Shown here in pieces: positions 37,566-44,967 of a DNA stretch of 52,861 bases. A program made the position numbers and the translations under genes. The stretch lies in the IMG/VR virus record IMGVR_UViG_3300033513_000010, positions 1 to 52,861 of that record. One strand, written 5' to 3'. Position 1 is the stretch's first letter. Every line of letters begins with the position of its first letter. The notes under the pieces were generated by a model. It was not told the DNA's origin. It did no database searches and saw only the letters and a list, made by a program, of their open reading frames with translations. Origin of the DNA: a virus. Its lineage: Duplodnaviria; Caudoviricetes.

Positions 37566-38051
37566 TTACTGGAGAAGGGCGTCTCGAATGGCGCGGGCCA
37601 ACCGAACCATCTCCAGTCGTGAGCGACGCTTCGCTGGCCGCTCGTATGAACGTGTCCCAATTCGCAAGCCGGTATACGTCGTCAGGTCGCGGAGATTTCT
37701 GGTGTCAAAACGGGTTAGGGTAGTGTCGCCGTATTCAGCCTCCTCCCGCAATACAGTAATCACTGTCACTGCGCGGGCGAGAATAACGGCGGCCTCAATG
37801 TGCCCTAGAGCACGCATATTCATGCGCATGGACGCCAGGTTGGCTACACTCAATTCAGCGTCGAGCATGTATTTACGAGTCCTTGCAATCATTGCCTCCA
37901 TCTCTCTAAGAGAGCGGGACTTTGAAAAGGCCAGGCGCTCATTAACTGCCGCCGCCGCGTCGTACACGCCGTCAAAAATCTCCAGAGCCGCCGTGATACC
38001 CATCTCACGCGCCGCCTCTTTCGTCAGTTGGACTTTCATTTTCTTTGACAT
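37566..38051 (-). CDS. hypothetical early protein (ribozyme-flanked)
   Basis: GAAGGAGA RBS; MSKKMKVQL... Confidence 0.75.
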   Translation of the reverse strand: MSKKMKVQLTKEAAREMGITAALEIFDGVYDAAAAVNERLAFSKSRSLREMEAMIARTRKYMLDAELSVANLASMRMNMRALGHIEAAVILARAVTVITVLREEAEYGDTTLTRFDTRNLRDLTTYTGLRIGTRSYERPAKRRSRLEMVRLARAIRDALLQ

Positions 38052-38079
38052 TTCGTTTCTCCTTCGGTTTCTACTGCTC

Positions 38080-38151
38080 GGCTGGTTCGCCTCGTCAGGC
38101 CGGGGGTGACCACCTCCCCGACGACCGGGGGCTATACCCCGGTTTCGGCAC
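38080..38151 (-). ncRNA. type II hammerhead ribozyme copy 3
   Basis: same core and stems; differs from copy 2 only in loop 3; predicted cleavage 38123/38122. Confidence 0.92.
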
Positions 38152-38436
38152 TTACTGCATCCAGGTGAAGGCCGCAATGCCCAGGGCGACCGCGCCCACC
38201 AGCAGCGTCACGCTCCACACGCGGGCAACGATGGCGTTCCGGCGGGCCTGGCGGGCCTGGCGGGCCATCTCGCGGGGGCTGATGGGAGCCGGGGGGGTTG
38301 GGGGGACTTCCTGAATGCTCACGGGGGTGTCACACTCAAACCAGACGATGCTGAGTTCGCCGTCCATCCAGATGGCAACCGGGCCATTCAGCGTTTCCTG
38401 CTCACTCCCGTTCAACCCGTCTGTCCAGTTTTCCAT
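38152..38436 (-). CDS. small C-terminally anchored membrane protein, copy 1
   Basis: near-identical to 42333-42626; C-terminal TM. Confidence 0.8.
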   Translation of the reverse strand: MENWTDGLNGSEQETLNGPVAIWMDGELSIVWFECDTPVSIQEVPPTPPAPISPREMARQARQARRNAIVARVWSVTLLVGAVALGIAAFTWMQ

Positions 38437-38478
38437 TTTCGTTTCTCCTTCTTCGCTTCGGTTTTATCCTACACATAT

Positions 38479-38506
38479 ATTATATCACAGTAGTGATAAA
38501 TGTCAA
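38479..38506 (-). promoter_or_regulatory. strong early promoter with embedded operator
   Basis: TTGACA-N16-TATAAT with extended TG; palindrome TATCAC-AGTA-GTGATA 38483-38498. Confidence 0.88.
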
Positions 38507-38546
38507 GGGGTTTTGGGCGATTTCTGGAAAATTGGTCGGATTCCGC

Positions 38547-39146
38547 TCATTTTAATGGCAGTCCGAGGTGTTCGGCGAGCCATTCCGCCTGCATCCTCGC
38601 CTCAGCATAGTAGGCGGCAAGGTTATGGGTGATGGGAGAAGCGGCAGAAGCAGCAACGCGGGCACGGGTGGCGGCGGTTATAACGCCAGAAATGACGGCG
38701 GGGGTTATACGGCGGGCATTGGCGCTGGCATAGTTGGCGCCAGTATGCGCCACGATGGCGCACTGGTTGGCCGTGTAGATGTCGTAGGGTGCGACGGCGC
38801 TGTCGGCATATCCCCTTGCCCGTTCCGCGCACGCCCTGGCGAACTCCCCCATTGTAGCCGGCGTCCAGGCGACGATGGCCCGCCCGACCCTGGCCTGTCG
38901 CGCAAGGGTTTGCTTTCTCTCCATTATCACCTCGCCTCCTACCTGGACGGGGTGGATGTACCTATCCAAGTGGTACGGCAGTTGCCATACTGTGACTACA
39001 TGATAGCCATTCTGGCATGACACCAGTTCCCCCTCAATGGGGGGCATCCACGCCCCCCATTCCTCGCCGTCCACCGGGAGTGTCCAGTGCATCCCCGAAT
39101 AGAGTGCAACCCCGCCCTCTCGCAGCACTTTATAAAAGCACACCAT
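38547..39146 (-). CDS. hypothetical protein, paralog of 51379-52116
   Basis: shared YKVLR.GG, W.LP..GEEWG.WM, GYHVVT.WQLPY, Ala-rich tail. Confidence 0.8.
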   Translation of the reverse strand: MVCFYKVLREGGVALYSGMHWTLPVDGEEWGAWMPPIEGELVSCQNGYHVVTVWQLPYHLDRYIHPVQVGGEVIMERKQTLARQARVGRAIVAWTPATMGEFARACAERARGYADSAVAPYDIYTANQCAIVAHTGANYASANARRITPAVISGVITAATRARVAASAASPITHNLAAYYAEARMQAEWLAEHLGLPLK

Positions 39147-39158
39147 CGCCCCCCCCTT

Positions 39159-39386
39159 TCATCGCGGGTACTTTTTACCCTGGTGGCCGCCCTGGAGCAT
39201 TTCGATGAACGCCATCACGTGCTCGTGGTCGAATAGCAGCATGTGTCCAGCCCGGTAGGGCAGTGGATGAAGCAGCCCCGTCTTTTTAATATGGTAACGT
39301 AGCGCGATAATGCTGCGCGGAACGCCCGCCTTCCGGCAGAGCGCCGCCACCTCTCGTAGCGTCATTCCTCTCATGGTATCCTCCAT
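39159..39386 (-). CDS. small HTH (excisionase/MerR-like) DNA-binding protein
   Basis: MTLREVAAL...LRYHIKKTGLL.P...LLFDHEHV. Confidence 0.65.
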   Translation of the reverse strand: MEDTMRGMTLREVAALCRKAGVPRSIIALRYHIKKTGLLHPLPYRAGHMLLFDHEHVMAFIEMLQGGHQGKKYPR

Positions 39387-39413
39387 TCGGGGCGGCTCAG
39401 GGCCGCCCCATGA

Positions 39414-40154
39414 CTATTCCGTAACTGGCATTTGTGCGAGTTCGTGCTGAGCCTTCTGGATGTCCGCGTCTGTGATGAACACGTCCACCCGCTCAAGCGG
39501 GTCGGCGGGGACATTTATGACGCCGCGCCGGAGGTAAACCGCCTCGCAGCGATTCCACTGGTTGATAGCCCACAGCCCGCCTTCCTCGTCAAGCTGGAAT
39601 GGAACGTTCTCGACCTGGAAAATTTCGCCAATGGTTACAGCCATTTTCCGAGGGGCTATCGTCGGCAGGGCAATATCCTCCTGGCGTCCATCCCAATGGT
39701 AGCGGAGAAGTTCGCACGAGAATGCCGACTTGTAGCGCGCCACAACCCACAGGCCGCCTACCCGGAGAAACAACCTATCGCCGGGACGGGCAAGTCCCAG
39801 ATAGGCCGCGTAGCGGGCTGCCCGTACCCACGTGTCCGCGCGGAATTTGAATACTCGCAGAGGCTGCCCGGCCCTTTCAAGGCGAACGGTGTAGGGCGAC
39901 TTCCAACACCGCCCGGACACCCCCCGGCGCATGTAGCGGCGCAACTCAATTTCTCGAACGCGCCATTCCGCCAACCCCCGCAGTTCTTCCGCTTCTCGAC
40001 TCAGCAGCAATTCGCGGAGGGCAAGCGTTACTGCATTACAAGCCTGCCAATGGTACAGGCGGGCGCGGTGGGTTGCCTCGTCCTGAGCCGCCTCGTAACT
40101 CTCAAGCAGCGTATTCGCTGCTTCACTCGTAAGGTACTGCGCTTTCGATAGCAT
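39414..40154 (-). CDS. hypothetical protein
   Basis: AAAGGAG RBS; 246 aa. Confidence 0.7.
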   Translation of the reverse strand: MLSKAQYLTSEAANTLLESYEAAQDEATHRARLYHWQACNAVTLALRELLLSREAEELRGLAEWRVREIELRRYMRRGVSGRCWKSPYTVRLERAGQPLRVFKFRADTWVRAARYAAYLGLARPGDRLFLRVGGLWVVARYKSAFSCELLRYHWDGRQEDIALPTIAPRKMAVTIGEIFQVENVPFQLDEEGGLWAINQWNRCEAVYLRRGVINVPADPLERVDVFITDADIQKAQHELAQMPVTE

Positions 40155-40166
40155 GATTAACTCCTT

Positions 40167-42233
40167 TCACTTTTCATTGATTGGCATGATGGCCGCCCAA
40201 CTGTCGCCAACCGTCAGGACAATCGGGCCGCGCCTTTCGGGTGGGAAGGCCATTCGGAACGACTTGATGACCCTCAGATTCTTCGGGGGCATCTTCAGCG
40301 CCGCGTCCATTGCCCGCAGGATTGCGGCGAAGGCGGCGGCCTCGACCAGCCACTCCGACGATTCGGGGGCATTACCAGAGGGCAGCAACACCATTACGGC
40401 GCGGGGCGTGGCGTCGGCGCTTTCCCCCTGAACAAAGAGCGTCGTGTCTTTGATGAACAGCCGCACAAATGACGAGTCGCCACCCGTCGTTTTGATTGCC
40501 GCGGCCAACCGCGCGGGGCTGCCAATTTCGTGGAGGATGCCCTTGCCAGAGGCGGTGGCATCCAGCTTGGCGAAAAGGTTCTCGCTTGGTTTCCGGAGGT
40601 TGGAAAACAGTGTGATGACAAATCCATTAGGGCGGCCTTCCTTGATTTGCACGAGGCCGCTCCGGTGTAGGTTATCCTGAACGTCCACGAGGACGGCGGG
40701 GACAGTCGCCGCCAGAACGTCGGTGATAGGTGTGATCAATTCGCGCGGGATTCTGGCATAGGCTGGTCCCTCGACTGGCGGAACAGGGATAGCCATCACA
40801 ACCGCGCGGCGTCCTGTAGTTCCCGCCACCCGCATCCGGCTGTCTCGGATTTCCAGATGGACTTCCCGGTAGACATCAAGGCCAGAAGTCGGGTCGGTAT
40901 TGTACTTCGCCTGCTTGAGCGCCTTAGAAAAGGCGGAAGCCGACACCCCTGTCTGTACCCAAACCTCATCGCCTTCCGGCTGCGGGAGCGCCGGGAACTC
41001 CGCTCCACTCCAGTAGGGAAGTTCCAGGGTAGACGCCCCGTCGGCTGTAAAAACGACCGATACCCATCGCCGATTGCGGTGGCGGCGGGTCACGCCGACC
41101 GTGATGGTGCGACAGTTCTGTGGCAGGGCCGCTACCCAGGCCGCGAGCTTCGCGCCTGGGACGACAATATCAAAGCCGGGAACGGCCATGTCCAAGCCAG
41201 GAAGCGGTTTCTTCGCTGCCTCGAAGAGTACCACCTGGAGGGCGGCTTTGAGTGAGCAAGCCTCCGCAAAAACCCGGCGACCGCGTACCACGAGGTGAAT
41301 CCCGCTCAAGACCGGAACTGGCCTTTCGTCGGCGCAAAACGTCGCCAGATTGGCGATGGCCTTACGGAACGCCGACCCGCAGGGGATTGTCAGGGCTGGC
41401 GGTGGGGCGGGTACGTCCAGCCCGGCAGTTCTCTCGCTGTCGCTGTACATGGGCTGAATGAGGGCAAACCGCTCCCCGCCCTGGGATGTGATGAGAAGCG
41501 GGCTTATCGCATTGCGAAGATAGAAGATACACCCCCCACTGCTCTCAAGCGCCCGGATGAACTGCAACCCGCGAAGTAAATAGTCGGCATTGATAAGCAT
41601 GGCCCAATCCGTCTTTTCAATCGGCGACTTCCCGAAGCAGCGTTCCCTCAGCGCCGGGCTGGTATTTGGGATGGAAGCGATCCATTCCATCCCGCAGGTC
41701 GTTTCGCTTCCGAGCCGTTCGCGGCGGCAGAAGTAGAGGTCGTTGTCCGCAATGATTATCCAGACATGCGGCACTGCGGGGATGGCGGCAATCAGCCGCT
41801 CCAGCGCCCCGATAGCCCGGTCGAGGGCCGTCGTGAGGAGCGGGAAGGGGAACTCGTGGTTTTTCCCGCACCGCTCCAATTCCTTCCAGAAGTCGGGCGC
41901 TTCCGGGCTTTCGCCGTTGCCTGGAATAGCCCCGGTGTGAATTGGGAAGAAGTCGGGGGGTTTTGGTGAAGGAAATCCGGCGCTTTCTGCCGGGGAGAGA
42001 AACGTTCCTATCACCTGAAATCCATCCGTTGCGAGTAGGCAATCCGCCAGCAGCCCCATACCAAATGCAGGGCCGATTTTCCCCCGCCCCCACCACAAGA
42101 GCTTCGACGCGAGGGGGCGGGTATCCCCAGAGGGGCTTTCAGTCGCGGCGGCCAACAGTTTGATGTCCTTCTCGCTGAGGCCAGCGAGAAGCAACTGCTG
42201 CACGGTCGGCTCGTAGAGTTTTGAATTTGCCAT
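40167..42233 (-). CDS. divergent, elongated DNA polymerase III beta-clamp-like protein
   Basis: LATDGF, INADYL, FALIQPM, ERPVPVLSGIHL, FPALP, RVAGTTGRR, AAIMPI recall DnaN motifs. Confidence 0.6.
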   Translation of the reverse strand: MANSKLYEPTVQQLLLAGLSEKDIKLLAAATESPSGDTRPLASKLLWWGRGKIGPAFGMGLLADCLLATDGFQVIGTFLSPAESAGFPSPKPPDFFPIHTGAIPGNGESPEAPDFWKELERCGKNHEFPFPLLTTALDRAIGALERLIAAIPAVPHVWIIIADNDLYFCRRERLGSETTCGMEWIASIPNTSPALRERCFGKSPIEKTDWAMLINADYLLRGLQFIRALESSGGCIFYLRNAISPLLITSQGGERFALIQPMYSDSERTAGLDVPAPPPALTIPCGSAFRKAIANLATFCADERPVPVLSGIHLVVRGRRVFAEACSLKAALQVVLFEAAKKPLPGLDMAVPGFDIVVPGAKLAAWVAALPQNCRTITVGVTRRHRNRRWVSVVFTADGASTLELPYWSGAEFPALPQPEGDEVWVQTGVSASAFSKALKQAKYNTDPTSGLDVYREVHLEIRDSRMRVAGTTGRRAVVMAIPVPPVEGPAYARIPRELITPITDVLAATVPAVLVDVQDNLHRSGLVQIKEGRPNGFVITLFSNLRKPSENLFAKLDATASGKGILHEIGSPARLAAAIKTTGGDSSFVRLFIKDTTLFVQGESADATPRAVMVLLPSGNAPESSEWLVEAAAFAAILRAMDAALKMPPKNLRVIKSFRMAFPPERRGPIVLTVGDSWAAIMPINEK

Positions 42234-42260
42234 GTAAATCTCCTTCGGTTTCTTCTGCTC

Positions 42261-42331
42261 GGCTGGTTCGCCTCGTCAGGCCGGGGGTGACCACCTCCCC
42301 GACGACCGGGGGCTACACCCCGGTTTCGGCA
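42261..42331 (-). ncRNA. type II hammerhead ribozyme copy 4
   Basis: same core and stems; predicted cleavage 42304/42303. Confidence 0.92.
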
Positions 42332-42332
42332 G

Positions 42333-42626
42333 TTACTGCATCCACTGCATCCAGTTGAAGGCCGCGATTGCCAGGGCGACCGCGCCCACCAGCAGCGTCA
42401 CGCTCCACGCGCGGGCAACGATGGCGTTCCGGCGGGCCTGGCGGGCCTGGCGGGCCATCTCGCGGGGGCTGATGGGAGCCGGGGGGGTTGGGGGGACTTC
42501 CTGAATGCTCACGGGGGTGTCACACTCGAACCAGACGATGCTGAGTTCGCCGTCCATCCAGATGGCAACCGGGCCATTCAGCGTTTCCTGCTCACTGCCG
42601 TTCAACCCGTCTGTCCAGTTTTCCAT
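42333..42626 (-). CDS. small membrane protein, copy 2
   Basis: duplicate of 38152-38436, three residues longer (WMQWMQ end). Confidence 0.8.
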   Translation of the reverse strand: MENWTDGLNGSEQETLNGPVAIWMDGELSIVWFECDTPVSIQEVPPTPPAPISPREMARQARQARRNAIVARAWSVTLLVGAVALAIAAFNWMQWMQ

Positions 42627-42668
42627 TTTCGTTTCTCCTTTTTCGCTTCGGTTTTATCCTACACATAT

Positions 42669-42696
42669 ATTATATCACAGTAGTGATAAATGTCAA
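42669..42696 (-). promoter_or_regulatory. strong early promoter with embedded operator
   Basis: TTGACA-N16-TATAAT; TATCACAGTAGTGATA 42673-42688. Confidence 0.88.
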
Positions 42697-42736
42697 GAGG
42701 CAAAAGGCGATTTCTGGAAAATTGGTCAGGGGATAT

Positions 42737-43069
42737 TTACTTCTCCTCACCCTCAATGACTTTCAATTCAGCCACAACCTGTCGCCAATCATGGCAGTGA
42801 ATACCGCGTTGCCAGGACTTGCTTATCACAAGTTTGGCTGATGACGGCCACCACTCACCAGTGATGGCCCCCTTTTGAAACACCCAATGGTGACCGTTAT
42901 TGAATACATCAAGTTGCCAACCGTTCTTGTCACACCACGTTCGCGTATCGGCTAGGTTCACCATCGCCTCTTTGAGCCTGCGGGCATGACGCGCCGCCGG
43001 GGCCTCGGCGCTGGCGTAGGTTGAAAGGGTTGCCCTATTTCGCGCCTTTCGACTATCACTGTATTTCAT
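42737..43069 (-). CDS. hypothetical protein
   Basis: AGGAGG RBS; NNGHHW...WWPSSAKL...HCHD. Confidence 0.7.
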   Translation of the reverse strand: MKYSDSRKARNRATLSTYASAEAPAARHARRLKEAMVNLADTRTWCDKNGWQLDVFNNGHHWVFQKGAITGEWWPSSAKLVISKSWQRGIHCHDWRQVVAELKVIEGEEK

Positions 43070-43129
43070 CACACCGCCCTCCTATCAGGTCGGCGGGGGC
43101 GGGTGCTCGGCCCGCCCCCTACCATTCAA

Positions 43130-43546
43130 TTAGGCCGCCTCGTCGGACTTCCCGACGCCAATGCTCAGCAGGGCCGGATTGAGTACCGCGCCCGGCTTCT
43201 CGTTTGCGGCTTCGCCCTCGTTGTGAATCTGAGTGGCGAGATTATGCCAGCGCCGGAGTTGTTCACCGAAAATCCAGCAATCGGCCAGAACCTGCACCGC
43301 CGCCCCGTACATGAATCCCGTTATCCCCTCAGTGTTGGCCTCGTAGGAGGTCGCTTTGGCGATTTCGGCAAAACGGTCGTCCGAGAAGACGCGCCCTTCG
43401 AGCACGCCGTCCCATTCGGATTCGAGCTTGGCTTCCATCAGATTCGCCCATGCCTCCGCGTATCTGATAATGACCGCCCCATAATCCTTCTTATTGTTGT
43501 CCTGCCATTTCTGCCAGGACGCATCTTTTCCCGTTGCGATTCTCAT
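43130..43546 (-). CDS. hypothetical phage protein
   Basis: YAEAWANLME, GITGFMYGAAVQVL, GEQLRRWHN, VLNPALL. Confidence 0.75.
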   Translation of the reverse strand: MRIATGKDASWQKWQDNNKKDYGAVIIRYAEAWANLMEAKLESEWDGVLEGRVFSDDRFAEIAKATSYEANTEGITGFMYGAAVQVLADCWIFGEQLRRWHNLATQIHNEGEAANEKPGAVLNPALLSIGVGKSDEAA

Positions 43547-43639
43547 TGCAGTCCCTTTCCTTGCCACTTGGCAATTTGGGGGTGAACACACCCGTGTCCA
43601 CCGTTTTGATTACGAGGCCCATCCTCGTCCTACAACTAT

Positions 43640-43667
43640 ATTATATCACACCAGTGATAAATGTCAA
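43640..43667 (-). promoter_or_regulatory. strong early promoter with embedded operator
   Basis: TTGACA-N16-TATAAT; TATCACACCAGTGATA 43644-43659. Confidence 0.85.
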
Positions 43668-43717
43668 GAGATTTTGGGCGATTCTCAGAAACCTGGTCGG
43701 ATTTATCCACGACTTGC

Positions 43718-43746
43718 TTGCCATAAATGCTGAGGTGTGATATATT
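43718..43746 (+). promoter_or_regulatory. divergent rightward promoter
   Basis: TTGCCA-N17-TATATT with extended TG; contains GTGATA operator half-site. Confidence 0.65.
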
Positions 43747-43784
43747 GAGGGTGTCGCCCACCGACGGCGGCGTCAAACGTTTGG

Positions 43785-43813
43785 AGGGCGCGATTTCCGC
43801 GCCCTTCTTTTTT
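43785..43813 (+). terminator. intrinsic terminator about 40 nt after the rightward promoter
   Basis: AGGGCGCG-ATTTC-CGCGCCCT followed by TCTTTTTT. Confidence 0.75.
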
Positions 43814-43832
43814 AGGTGTTCCGTGCGGAACG

Positions 43833-43996
43833 GGCGGTGGCTGCTCGCCTGGCGGCATGGTCGGCGCGGCGCTCCGGTGACGGCGAGAAATCCTGGAGCG
43901 GCCAATACAATCCAGTCGCGGCTACTTCAGCGCCGATGAAGTTGGCGCAGGGGGGGGCTTGATAGCCCGGCTCTTTGCGGGAAAGCCGCCACCGCC
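43833..43996 (+). ncRNA. candidate structured RNA (~165 nt)
   Basis: closing stem GGCGGTGGC/GCCACCGCC enclosing several hairpins; no convincing ORF. Confidence 0.4.
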
Positions 43997-44011
43997 TATA
44001 GATAGTGGAGG

Positions 44012-44048
44012 TGTACACCTTGTATACACTGTATACAGGGCGTATACA
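44012..44048. repeat. second parC-like repeat cluster
   Basis: TGTACA, TGTATACA x2, CGTATACA at about 10 bp spacing. Confidence 0.65.
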
Positions 44049-44076
44049 CGCTGAGGGGTATCATAAGGTGTTGTTT

Positions 44077-44151
44077 GCGGGGGGCGCACGAGGGGCGCGG
44101 AGAGGCGCATAGAAAAATGGCCTACGCCCGGTTCAATTCCTGGCCCCCGCA
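44077..44151 (+). ncRNA. tRNA-like/degenerate tRNA
   Basis: acceptor GCGGGGG/CCCCCGC-A, T-arm CCCGG-TTCAATT-CCTGG, irregular D and anticodon arms. Confidence 0.45.
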
Positions 44152-44190
44152 CTATTTTTTAATGGCCCCACAAGGGCGTGGAGAGGTGTA

Positions 44191-44967
44191 ATGACTAATC
44201 TACCTAACGAACTCCCGGACGGGGCGCTGGAAATCCCCGACGGCCCTCGGCTGATTTGGATTTTAGTGCGTGACGTGGTTCAACTCCTCTGGAAGCAAAA
44301 CCCCAAAAAACACGACATCGGCCTGCTCGCGCAGTCCATCGTTGAGAACGGCTTCCGCGACCCGGCGGCTTATGATTCCAGACTGGAGGCGATTATCTAC
44401 GGGAACGGGCGGGTGGCGGCGGTTTGGTGGCTGGAGCAGCAAGCCAAGCCGGGTGACGCCCCGCCGCGTGGGGTTGGCCGCCAGCGCGAAACGGGCTATT
44501 GGGCCATCCCGCTCCTGGTCGGGGTGGATTCGGAGTCGGAATCGCTGGCGAAGCGGTTTGCGCTCGACCACAACAATCTTACATTGTCGGGAGGAGATTT
44601 CCAGCCCTGGGAATTTGAAAAATTGTGGGATGAGCAAGCCTTCGCGGCACTCCTGGAGGAGTTAGCGGAAAGCGGTGATGGGACGCTGGCGCTGGATAGT
44701 GATGATATCGAGGAAATGCGGAAGTTCCACGAATTTCTCCAGCCAGAGTTCAGTGGAATTGTCGAGGAATTTGAAGGGGCGCAGAGAGGAGGGGCGGAAG
44801 GGAATGAACAATGGTTTTACGTCGAGTTCTATAAGGATGAGGAATTGTTCAAAGGGCTGACCGCGCTGCTTCGGCCCTATCTAACTGGAGCGCACGAATT
44901 AGACGGCGCATTCTTCGAACGCGCTATTCGACAAGCGGTAGAGAATGCTGAAGAAACTTCTGATTAA
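44191..44967 (+). CDS. ParB/Srx-like N-terminal domain protein
   Basis: NPKKHD...LAQSIVENGFRDP...IIYGNGRV...ALDHNNL. Confidence 0.8.
   Translation: MTNLPNELPDGALEIPDGPRLIWILVRDVVQLLWKQNPKKHDIGLLAQSIVENGFRDPAAYDSRLEAIIYGNGRVAAVWWLEQQAKPGDAPPRGVGRQRETGYWAIPLLVGVDSESESLAKRFALDHNNLTLSGGDFQPWEFEKLWDEQAFAALLEELAESGDGTLALDSDDIEEMRKFHEFLQPEFSGIVEEFEGAQRGGAEGNEQWFYVEFYKDEELFKGLTALLRPYLTGAHELDGAFFERAIRQAVENAEETSD

Larger units (their letters stand above)
38060..38540 (-). repeat. ~480 bp direct repeat (promoter + small ORF + ribozyme + RBS), copy 1
   Basis: near-identical to 42240-42730. Confidence 0.92.
42240..42730 (-). repeat. ~490 bp direct repeat, copy 2
   Basis: near-identical to 38060-38540. 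Confidence 0.92.

Noticed and set aside
36907-42331. CRISPR array or integron attC sites
   Set aside because: Repeats are ~95 bp separated by whole genes, lack attC R-box ends, and no cas or integrase gene is present; the hammerhead fold explains them.
43550-43625. Possible fifth ribozyme in the leader after the third early promoter
   Set aside because: Two small hairpins, but no CUGANGA/GAAA core or other ribozyme consensus that I can recognise.
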